DNA of 64,000 bases from the NCBI GenBank assembly GCA_020184695.1, contig JAANOX010000159.1, positions 62,001 through 126,000 on the forward strand. Reading direction: 5' to 3'. The translations under genes were made by a program, and so were the position numbers. Source of the stretch: Histomonas meleagridis 2922-C6/04-290x. Taxonomy: Eukaryota; Protista; Parabasalia. Below, piece by piece: positions 44,500 to 53,853 of this stretch. The stretch's first letter is position 1, and each line of letters begins with the position of its first letter. The notes beneath the pieces are model-generated. The model ran no database searches. It saw only the letters and a list, made by a program, of their open reading frames with translations, and was not told the origin of the DNA.

Positions 44500-45180
44500 T
44501 CACCTTATAGATATTTACGTTAATATCATTGAACTTTGGTGTTTTAATGTTAACTTTTTTCGTCAATATATCTATATCTAATTTCTGGTTTTGGAATATT
44601 AATTTCATTTTCTGAATAACAAAAGTTTGGAATTCCGAATATTCGGATATTAAAGTTCTTATTGATCTAATTTATATTGGAGTTTGGAATATTAATTGTT
44701 TCTTCTGTAAGCTTTTAATTTGGTATAGTAATATTATCTTCTATATTTTGAAAATTGGGTTTGGGTTTTGGGATATTAACTTCAAATACTTGTTTGAAAT
44801 ATTTAGGGAATAAAATATTGTTATTTACTTCATTAATATTAAATTTTGGGATTTTAATATATTGATCTTCTTGTATGAAACTGATTTTAGGGATTGGTAA
44901 CTTGTTAATTTCTTCGCTTATTTCTGTTTTTGGTAATTGAACATTTTCCTCATATTTTTCGATGTTCAACTCTGTGATTATAATATCATTTTCTTCTGTT
45001 ATTTTATTAAATTGTGGTATTATAACATCTTATAATATCTTAAAGTTGAGAATTTAAATGTTGACGTCTTGCATATTTAAGTTGGGATTAGGTTTATTAT
45101 TAGTTTCTTCATTATCTCCTATTACTGTTCCTAAAGTTGGGAACTTGGTGCTTTTTGGAAGAAGAGGAAAAAACCATCTA
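44500..45180 (-). pseudogene. Degenerate repetitive gene remnant (INIPKFN-like repeats)
   Basis: Repeated I-x-I-P-K-F/P-N peptides across frames, broken by stops. Confidence 0.4.
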
Positions 45181-45269
45181 GAAAACAACATTTTTATAAT
45201 AATTTACTGTAATAAACATTCGAGTTAGCATGATATGTCAAGTGTAATCCATATTCATCCCAATGTGCA

Positions 45270-45564
45270 AGGAAGTCGACGAACACCCAAAGAAGGAAAC
45301 AAAGAAGTAGAAGCCAGCCCCACCTCAGCCAGCTGAAACACCTAAACCACCTGAACCCGCCCAACCACAGAACCAACTAAAGAAGAACCTCCAACTTCTT
45401 CCTCCTCTTCTTCTTCATCTTCTCATTCATCTCCTCCAGCTCCAGAACCAGCCCCACTAAACCCTACTCCTGATACCTCAACAGGAAGCGATAGTGATTA
45501 TTACACATCCTCTTATGGATCATACACCGATGACTACACTGATTCATACGGTGATTGCTCATAA
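45270..45564 (+). pseudogene. Pro/Ser-rich 3' gene fragment
   Basis: KPAPPQPAETPKPPEP..(frameshift)..TEPTKEEPPTSSSS..DSDYYTSSYGSYTDDY*; internal TAG; no start. Confidence 0.45.
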
Positions 45565-45614
45565 AGCTAAAAAGTTTAAACTTGCAACGTCATTTCTTTA
45601 AAAATGAAAAAAAA

Positions 45615-45696
45615 TCCGCGCTGCTGGAATCGAACCGGCGACCCTTTGATGACTACTTTTCTACAGTCAAATGCTCTACCACTGAGCTAAGAGCGG
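45615..45696 (-). tRNA. tRNA-Tyr(GUA) with a 10-nt intron (45651-45660)
   Basis: CCGCTCT/AGCGCGG (C1-G72), GCTC/GAGC, TTTGA-CT-GTA-G[AAAAGTAGTC]A-TCAAA, TTCGATT; oligo-T downstream. Confidence 0.9.
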
Positions 45697-45846
45697 CGCT
45701 GTTAATAAAATTATTATAGTTTAATAATCAATCGTCTTCTTAAATTTGAATTTTAATTCTTAAAAACTCAAAATGTGTCATTAACATTCTCCAATAAATG
45801 AAAACATCATGATGAAAACATTGTTAGATTTAGTTGTAATTTCTTT

Positions 45847-46608
45847 TTATTTGCTGAATTCGGCTGATTTAACGATATCGATGAAACTTGGTGTGAGTGA
45901 TGCACCACCAACGAGGAAACCATCAACATCTGGTTGTGCTGCAAGTTCATTGCAGTTGTCAGCCTTTACAGATCCTCCATAAAGAATTTGGATTTTTTCT
46001 GCAACTTCAGCATTAACCTTTGAAGCGATAAGGTCGCGGATAACCTTGCACATTTCTTGAGCATCCTTTGTTGATGCAACAACACCTGTTCCGATAGCCC
46101 AGATTGGTTCATAAGCGATAACAACCTGATCCCATTTGCCAGCTGGAACTGCCTTGATAAGGTTTTCTATTTGAGCAGCAACAAATTCTGATGCCTTACC
46201 TGCTTTACGTTCTTCAAGATGTTCGCCACAGCAATAGATTATCTTGAGACCTTCATTGATAGCAGCTGCAGCTTTTGCCCCTAACATCTCTTCATCTTCC
46301 TTAAAGATATCACGACGCTCTGAGTGACCAAGAATTGTCCAAGGAACACTAAATGACTTAAGCATTGGTGCTGTAACTTCACCTGTGAAAGCGCCATTTG
46401 GCTTTGAATAAATGTTTTCAGCTGAAACGCCCCAGTCCTTGCGAAGCTTGTCCTTAAGCAATGGAAGGAAAATTGCTGGTGAAGCAATAACAACTTCAAC
46501 TGGTACTTTGATTTCAGCAGCATTAAGGATTTCGATGAGTTTTGTTGCTTCTTCGATTGTCTTTGGATTTGCCTTCCAGTTACCACCAACAAAGAATGTT
46601 CTTCCCAT
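45847..46608 (-). CDS. TPI: Triosephosphate isomerase
   Basis: VGGNWK, GHSERR, AYEPIWAIGTG, YGGSV, LVGGASL. Confidence 0.98.
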   Translation of the reverse strand: MGRTFFVGGNWKANPKTIEEATKLIEILNAAEIKVPVEVVIASPAIFLPLLKDKLRKDWGVSAENIYSKPNGAFTGEVTAPMLKSFSVPWTILGHSERRDIFKEDEEMLGAKAAAAINEGLKIIYCCGEHLEERKAGKASEFVAAQIENLIKAVPAGKWDQVVIAYEPIWAIGTGVVASTKDAQEMCKVIRDLIASKVNAEVAEKIQILYGGSVKADNCNELAAQPDVDGFLVGGASLTPSFIDIVKSAEFSK

Positions 46609-47154
46609 CCTTTAAAGTGCCACTTTCTCTGGTTGGCCAGGTGGTATATGCCGATAGGAATGTTTGAATTAAATTTAATCCGACTTTCCTCTTACTCATT
46701 TTTTTTTCAAACAGCAATGGTTTTGTGTTTCCATCTTTCAACTGAAGACAGAATAAAAAGGCTGTTGTGAATTAATTTTTAATTATTGAAAAAATCAAAA
46801 GTATGACATATTGATGATCATCACATTTATTTTATTCATTATCTGGTAATAATACAAAACAATCCCTAGTGATAAGTCATTGTTTTAAGTTGATTTCATC
46901 TTTTTAAAGATGAGTAATAGGGAGTTGTGCAAAAGTCACATAATAAAGCTTTATTGTTGTATTCTCGTTGTAATGGTTTTTTGAATGAATTTACGTTATT
47001 CATAAAAATTCGATAAATATTCACAATGTGAAACATCCGAGCCTTTTGAGTGATGGACCAGCGTTATATCAGACCAACAGCATTCAATTGCTTATAAAGT
47101 ACACAATTCAAAGCAACATTCAGAGAAGTTTATTGAACAAACGCATTACCCTAA

Positions 47155-48354
47155 ATGTCCAGCTCCAGCGAATATTCAAGCAATGATGAACTTAAACCTC
47201 TCGAGTCACCTGAAGAGAATGACGAAGATCCAAAAGTTGTTCACATACCAACAATTGGTGAACAATGCAAAAATTATTGGAAACAATTTATTGACCCATC
47301 TGTATGGCGTGGGGCTCCAATTTGCCTTGCCATTGGTGCTGGTTTCTGGGGTTTAAGTTTTATACCAAATTATGATGCATGTAAATTATCTCCGTCCATT
47401 TTTGCTCTGATATTTGGCGTTATCCTGGGTGCCATTCCGCCAGTTCAACGATTTTACAATCATCCTTATTTTAAAAATGGAGTTGCTTTTTCAAAACAAA
47501 TGTTCATGCGCCTTTCCGTAATTCTCTATGGATTTAAGACCAAATTAAATGATATTGCTGAAGTTGGATGGGGTGGCGCCATATCAGCTATTCTCATGGT
47601 CTTTGTCACATTTTTTTTAGGCATTGGATTAGGCATATTATTGAAAATCAAGTTTACGCAAAGCTCAGTCATATCCACTGGTTATTCCATCTGTGGCATT
47701 GCTGCAGTTTTAAGCTCAGCCGGTATATTTGATTCATCATCAACTGAGATCTCACTTGCCAGTATCCTTGTTATCATCGGAGGCTTTTTGGACATCATCA
47801 TTTATCCATCCATTTATTCCGCTCATCCATCATTTTTTACTGATCGCACATTTGGCCAAACCGCCGGGATTTCCATCAAAGAAATTGCGCACACGGTCAG
47901 TATAGGCTTATCCTGTTCGGATACAGTTAGCAAATATGCCATGATTGTTAAGATGTTCAAAGTATTATTATTGCCATTTCTCCTCATCTTAATTTCGATT
48001 GTTGGACCGATGATAAAACGAAAAATCCAACACGAGGAAAAAGAGGTCATTGATGACGCGCCAAATTCCTGTGTTCGATTTTTTGGCAAAGTATCGATTC
48101 CCGTTTTTGCGTTTATTTTCATACTGATGACAATTGTCAACACGTACGCAAATGTAACTGACGAAGCGCGAAAAATTATCGATCACATTGTGGTTATCGC
48201 TTTGAGCGCTTCGATGTTTTGCGTTGGATTAACAACGGACCTAAAGCAATTGGCAAAGGCAACGAACTGGCGGCCATTCGTTATGTTCATTATTATGTAC
48301 GTTTGGGTGTTTTTGTTTGGATGGCTGTTGATTTACGTGTTTAAGAATGTATAA
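47155..48354 (+). CDS. YeiH/UPF0324-like (putative sulfate exporter) membrane protein
   Basis: About 10 TM segments; MRLSVILYGF, GYSICGIAAV, G-x-SIKEIAHTV, IVKMFKV, MFCVGLTTD. Confidence 0.75.
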   Translation: MSSSSEYSSNDELKPLESPEENDEDPKVVHIPTIGEQCKNYWKQFIDPSVWRGAPICLAIGAGFWGLSFIPNYDACKLSPSIFALIFGVILGAIPPVQRFYNHPYFKNGVAFSKQMFMRLSVILYGFKTKLNDIAEVGWGGAISAILMVFVTFFLGIGLGILLKIKFTQSSVISTGYSICGIAAVLSSAGIFDSSSTEISLASILVIIGGFLDIIIYPSIYSAHPSFFTDRTFGQTAGISIKEIAHTVSIGLSCSDTVSKYAMIVKMFKVLLLPFLLILISIVGPMIKRKIQHEEKEVIDDAPNSCVRFFGKVSIPVFAFIFILMTIVNTYANVTDEARKIIDHIVVIALSASMFCVGLTTDLKQLAKATNWRPFVMFIIMYVWVFLFGWLLIYVFKNV

Positions 48355-49181
48355 AATAAAGTGTTTATATAGAGTTAATAAAATTAAATTCAAATTTTAT
48401 TTGATAAAATGTAATGATGAACACAACGAATGAATAAAAGAAGTGTTGAGACACATTGCAAATGATTATGCGATTCAATACACGGATCATTTAGATCGAA
48501 CATTTGTTACGCTTACTCATGTTCTCGCTTGTGCACGAGAAATTTCATAGTATTGAAATTATTCTTACTCGAAAATGGTACATAATATTATTAAATGAAT
48601 TATAAAATAATCACATATTTATTATTGACATTCATTATGACTCTTTTTGTTTCCTTTTCAAGATAACTCCCAAGGAAGAACACTTGATGTTACTGATTCA
48701 AGTAAGTTCACTCAGAATATAAAACAAGACTATCTGTGTTAATATTAAAGTTGCCATGGTTGAAATATTAAAAAAATTCGCTCTGAAACAATCATTATTT
48801 CTTTTATAATGATGATAGCATTATTTATGATAAAATCTTTTTTCATATTATCAAAAAGGAAATCAAATACAATTTATTGTAATTTATACCTTGTGTATTA
48901 TATACCTTATGTCATTACATCGAAGAATATTCTTTCATTTTATGTTCAACAATATGATATATTATATATGCTGTTCCATCGATTGGTAAGCAATGTTTTT
49001 ATCATTGTGCAAAATATCATTATATCAAATTGAATTTATTTATCAAATTCTAATAAAAAATATTTTCATTTTTCATTGCATTTGGTAAAGGATGCATTTA
49101 CTTAATCATTTCTCATGAAGATAAAATTAATACATAATTAAAAAACAGTACAATTATGTGTTAGCAAAGCTATAAAATCAT

Positions 49182-49973
49182 TTATTGATTTGGAATTGAA
49201 TCGTATTCCACATTTACTTCCTTTTGCTTTCTGAACGCTCTGATACATATAAAAACGCCAGCAGCGATTATTGCAGCAACTACAATTCCAACAACGACAC
49301 GGACTGCTACTATTCCACTTTTAGAGATAATTCCTGTACATTTTTGATCTTCTGTATATGACCAAGAATCGCAACTTCCAAAGAGCGGACCAAGTGCATC
49401 ACCTATAACACACTCTTTTGTAGATGCACACCAACCACAACTTTGTGTTGTATTGGATGATACACATTTGATACACCAAGTATTTGACATAGATATGCAA
49501 TAATCGGTATTAGACTCCAAACGTGGGAAAGGTTGTGGTGTGGGTGGAATAGGCGCACCACATTTTGCATTATTGTTGTAATAATAATCAGAATAATTGC
49601 AATTGCCATCTTGAATACATTTGTTGTTTGTAGCACACCAGCCACATCCACGGTCTTTGTAGTGAATGGTACATTCTTCACATGATGTATATTGATCACA
49701 ATCAGTAAATATTGGAATTGGTTGTTTTGTTGGTGATGGCATTGGAACGGGAGTTGGACCCGGTTCTGCTTCACAATCTTGGTTTGGTCCATAATATAAT
49801 TGACCTGATGGACATGTTTCGTTGCCTGAAACAGTAATGCATTTCTTTGAAGAACGACACCATCCGCATTGACGATCAGCATAATGAGAAACGCAAAGTG
49901 AACAACCATCAGATGTGTAAAGAAGGTCGCAATCAGAGGCAAAAGCAATTGCAACAAGGTGGAACAGCAGCAT
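49182..49973 (-). CDS. Type I membrane protein with three PSI-like Cys repeats
   Basis: Signal peptide from ATG 49973, 3x C-x-W-C (CGWC), Pro-rich linkers, TM helix, cytosolic YDSI. Confidence 0.75.
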   Translation of the reverse strand: MLLFHLVAIAFASDCDLLYTSDGCSLCVSHYADRQCGWCRSSKKCITVSGNETCPSGQLYYGPNQDCEAEPGPTPVPMPSPTKQPIPIFTDCDQYTSCEECTIHYKDRGCGWCATNNKCIQDGNCNYSDYYYNNNAKCGAPIPPTPQPFPRLESNTDYCISMSNTWCIKCVSSNTTQSCGWCASTKECVIGDALGPLFGSCDSWSYTEDQKCTGIISKSGIVAVRVVVGIVVAAIIAAGVFICIRAFRKQKEVNVEYDSIPNQ

Positions 49974-50473
49974 TCTTAATTTGGGTTCAATTACAACGGT
50001 TTTGCTCAACGATGCTTCTTATCGTTTATATAAACGGTCGATAAAACGATGTAAAAGACGATCAAATCTGTCTTAAACATCGGAGCCCACCGACTAAACT
50101 TTTCAAGAATTGGTTCTTTTTCTGGATACACTTGTTTGATAAAACTTGTCCTGAAGTTTACCACATATTTAACGCTGTAACAATCTTTATGAAACAATTT
50201 TAAACTAAAGACATTTTAATAGACAGCTGTTGAGTTAAACACTTTCATAAAATTTAATGATAACTAAAATAATATATAAATTATTCTATTTATATCATTC
50301 AAAAAAAAGCAATTGATTTAAGAACTAACAAGGTATTAATTTACATTTTGAATATATCTTTTTTATGTATTTGTAAACATAAAAACATATATTAAAAAAG
50401 AAATTAAAATATTAACAGTAATTTACGAAATGACAACAATTTAAACAATACAAAATGGATATCAAACAACAAA

Positions 50474-51727
50474 TCAATTCTGGTTAAGAAGTTGGTTTGC
50501 GTACTCATAGAGAGCGTCAAGTCTTGAGTAGAGTGATTCATTTGTTGTGCTCTGTGTAGTTCTTTGGTTTGGAGGAGGAGCAAATTGTGTTGGTAAAGTT
50601 TGGGTTTGGAATTCGGTGTTTGTCTCTTTATCGAACACAAGGCCGTTTTCCAAATTCTGTATAATGTTTCTCATATTTTCGATTTCTTCATTTTGTGCAT
50701 TTAATTTTTGTTGAAGTTCTTCGATTTCAGCACTTGCATTGTCTTTGGATAGTTTTACTTTTTCTTGAAGTGTAGAAATTTCAATTTGAATTGATTTTTC
50801 TTGCTTTAATAAAGAATCACGCTCAAGTTTTTTTGCTTCAAACGATTTCTTAAGTTTGTTTTCTTTTTGGTTTGATTTGCGAAGTCCAAATTCTTGAAGT
50901 TGGGCTAATTGATTTCGAAGATCATCTTCACGTTGGCGATCTTCAGCTTCGCGTTTTTGTTCCTCTTCGATCCCTTTCCATTGGGCCTGAAGAGCATTTA
51001 AAAGTTTTGTAGATTTGATCATTTTTGTGAAAATAGAAATTGTGGCTTCACGATCTTCAATTTCTTTTTCTTTTTGGGCCATCAACTTTTGCAGTTCTTG
51101 TAGTTTAAGTTCGAGTTTATTCAGGTTCTTTGGTTTTTTAGGAGATGGTATAGTTTTTAATTTTTTCTTTAATTGATCAATTTTTGATATAGGGAAAACT
51201 ATATCAAAGTGTTGTTCAGTTCTGTGAGAATTTATGGTGTTGATAATGTTTTGAAATATTGTTAATGATATTTTCTCTTCAGATTGGAACTGTGATAAAT
51301 ACTTTTGAAGTAATGAAATATGTGTTTCTAATAATTTTTGTTGTTCTTGCAAAGCTTTTTCTTCTTTTTTATTTTCTTTTATTTTTAATTTGGTATTATT
51401 CACATCTTGCATTAAAGAAGATTGAACTTTAGTTAAATATTTTATTTCGTTTTGATGCCTTATTTCGGTGACACTAAGTTCGTTAGTAAGACTGAAAGCT
51501 TTCCTTCTCCATTTATCTAAAATTGTTGGCGGGACGTTGCTTACATCCATTAAATTATAAACGTACATATAAGCTTTTTTGAATAATTTATCAAGAAAGT
51601 GAACAGTTAGAAGAAGCATAGCTTGCAATAATGCCCTATATTTAATAGAATTACCATTACAATATATTTGTATGAACTTTGGTTTATCTGTAAAGATCCA
51701 AGCTCTTAATAACTTTTTGCATTTCAT
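50474..51727 (-). CDS. Coiled-coil hypothetical protein
   Basis: 417-aa ORF rich in K/E/Q heptads. Confidence 0.65.
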   Translation of the reverse strand: MKCKKLLRAWIFTDKPKFIQIYCNGNSIKYRALLQAMLLLTVHFLDKLFKKAYMYVYNLMDVSNVPPTILDKWRRKAFSLTNELSVTEIRHQNEIKYLTKVQSSLMQDVNNTKLKIKENKKEEKALQEQQKLLETHISLLQKYLSQFQSEEKISLTIFQNIINTINSHRTEQHFDIVFPISKIDQLKKKLKTIPSPKKPKNLNKLELKLQELQKLMAQKEKEIEDREATISIFTKMIKSTKLLNALQAQWKGIEEEQKREAEDRQREDDLRNQLAQLQEFGLRKSNQKENKLKKSFEAKKLERDSLLKQEKSIQIEISTLQEKVKLSKDNASAEIEELQQKLNAQNEEIENMRNIIQNLENGLVFDKETNTEFQTQTLPTQFAPPPNQRTTQSTTNESLYSRLDALYEYANQLLNQN

Positions 51728-51776
51728 GAAATTTTTAAAATAAAAAAGATGTATTACACTAAAAAATTAGAAAACA

Positions 51777-52590
51777 CTAAAATATTTTATTTCTATGCAT
51801 TTCTGTTGGTTTCCTTCCTAATTTCTGTTGTTAAAAAACAAAAATACATCTTCCACTAAGATACTTGCATTGTTATCCAAAAGTTTTTGGATGATTTGTT
51901 TATTTCCATTCTGGAAAGCAATATGAAGAGGAGTTCGAAACAAGACAAAAGAATTCCAAAAGAGTCAATTTCGTTTGGATTTGCACCTTTTGAAAGAAGG
52001 AAATCAACACAATCAATTCTTTCATTTGACACAGCCCAATGAAGCGGTGTTGCAAATCATAAAATAAAATTCCATTTCTTGAAATTAAACTGTATCATCA
52101 ATCGGATTTATTTTTGCTTTGTTTTGAACAAGAATTTCACATATTGATACTTCGCCTCTACTTGCTGCAAGATGAAGAGCTGTAAATAATAAAATATTGA
52201 AATATGGAATTAATAAATCAAATAGCAGAGTCTTCTATATTGACTTTTGCACCATTTTGAAGTAAAATTTGGACTGTCTCAAGATTGCCATATTGAGATG
52301 CATAGTGAAGAGAAGTACGCTAAAAAATAAATAAAGATTTAATAAATCAAATTGATTACAATTTGCTTGATTTTGAAGAAGATATCGTACACATTCAGTA
52401 CACCCATTCCCAGATGCAACATGAAGTAATGATACATGTCGACATGGAACTGAATTTACTGACCATAAAAAAAAGAAATAAACTGAAAAATTATATCATT
52501 TACGGTAATTTTAGAAGGAACTAACTTTCTGAGTACTGCTAAATCCCCTCTTGTGCATGCAAGAAAGGCTTTTCTTAGTTCCTCAGACAT
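51777..52590 (-). CDS. Interrupted ankyrin-repeat gene (7 coding blocks, predicted 223 aa, 5 repeats); not in the ORF track
   Basis: Blocks 52590-52483, 52465-52337, 52319-52224, 52189-52091, 52056-51955, 51937-51848 and 51824-51777 translate without stops: SLLHVASGNG, TSLHYASQYG, TALHLAASRG, TPLHWAVSNE, TPLHIAFQNG. Exact junctions for the non-GT-AG inserts are slightly ambiguous. Confidence 0.75.
51825..51847 (-). other. 23-nt GT-AG micro-intron
   Basis: GTATTTTTGTTTTTTAACAACAG with a TTAAC branch-like motif fused to AACAG. Removal avoids a TAG and gives VED|KLGRKP in ankyrin register. Confidence 0.75.
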
Positions 52591-52678
52591 AATTTTTCAC
52601 ATCAAATGTCATAATTATTACATCGACCGTTTATATAAGGCCGATGTAAGTTAACGTGCTTTGACCAAAATTTTGGTG

Positions 52679-53380
52679 ATGGATGTTGACAATACAGCTC
52701 TTATATTTATTGTAGAATATTATGAAATGCTTGTAAATGAAAAAGATAAGTTACCAAATGCTTACGCAGAAGGGGCTCCATTATTTATGTATATCAAAAA
52801 TCAACCATTGAAAGTTGTTCATCAACAATATCAAAATGTTATTCCAAATGGTGTTCGAACTATTACTAATTGTTCAGGTGAGGTAATTAATGGGAAATTA
52901 TATGTTCATGTGCAAAGTACACTTGCACAACCATCAATTGCCAAAGTTGATGAGTGTTTTACATGCCAACTAAAAGATTCTTGTATTCTAATTCTTCATC
53001 ACTCAATTCATGTTAACCCAATAATTGAACCACTTCCCAAACTTCCTCCACCTCCACCACCAAAGCCAGTAGTCAAACCAGAGCCCAAGCCTGCACCAAA
53101 ACCAAGAGACCCACCAATTGAAGTAGATTCACCAGATAAATTTATTCAAAGATTCACAATATTTGTCAAAAATCTTCCATTTCAAGTTGCTCCAAAAGAG
53201 TTCTTAGCAGTCATAGAAAAGCATGGTCACGTTTCCCACTTTATGCAAGGAAAAGGAAAGTTGCTTGCACAAATGGAAGATCCGAAAATAATTGGAAAAA
53301 TTACTCATCTTCCAGAGTTTGAATGGAACGGAAGGAAACCACGAATAATGCGAATGCCAGTGAACCTTATTTGGGATTAG
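52679..53380 (+). CDS. NTF2-like + Pro-rich + RRM protein (G3BP-like architecture)
   Basis: FIVEYYEMLVNEKDKLPNAY (NTF2-like), poly-Pro linker, IFVKNLPF RRM. ATG at 52679. Confidence 0.6.
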   Translation: MDVDNTALIFIVEYYEMLVNEKDKLPNAYAEGAPLFMYIKNQPLKVVHQQYQNVIPNGVRTITNCSGEVINGKLYVHVQSTLAQPSIAKVDECFTCQLKDSCILILHHSIHVNPIIEPLPKLPPPPPPKPVVKPEPKPAPKPRDPPIEVDSPDKFIQRFTIFVKNLPFQVAPKEFLAVIEKHGHVSHFMQGKGKLLAQMEDPKIIGKITHLPEFEWNGRKPRIMRMPVNLIWD

Positions 53381-53853
53381 ATCATTTTGTTAAAATTTAA
53401 GTATTTTTAGATTTATAAATTGAAATGTGATATAAAATAACTTTCACTATTTTGATTTTTATTAAATTCTTGTGAAATTCTTGTGATATGTTTAAATTTG
53501 CGGATTAATTTGGAAAGATCTGGAAAATTATTTAAAAGTACATATTAATTATTGTAAATTTTCTTTTGTTTCAAATCATATTTATATAAATTAATTTCAT
53601 TAAACGGATTCAATGAATATAGAAGAAAAAGAATTAATACATTAAAGCATGGTTTTAAATTCAAAGACTATAGATCATGTTTTATATTTATAGAAGGGCC
53701 TAATCGAGTTAATATTAAAAAAAAATTATGAAAGTTTTAAAATATCACCAATACTTAAAAATAATCTTTTTATAATTTGTTTTGTATGACACGACAATTA
53801 ATAATGCTTCATAAAGAGTGTATTATTACTTCCAAATGTAAATTAAAATATAT

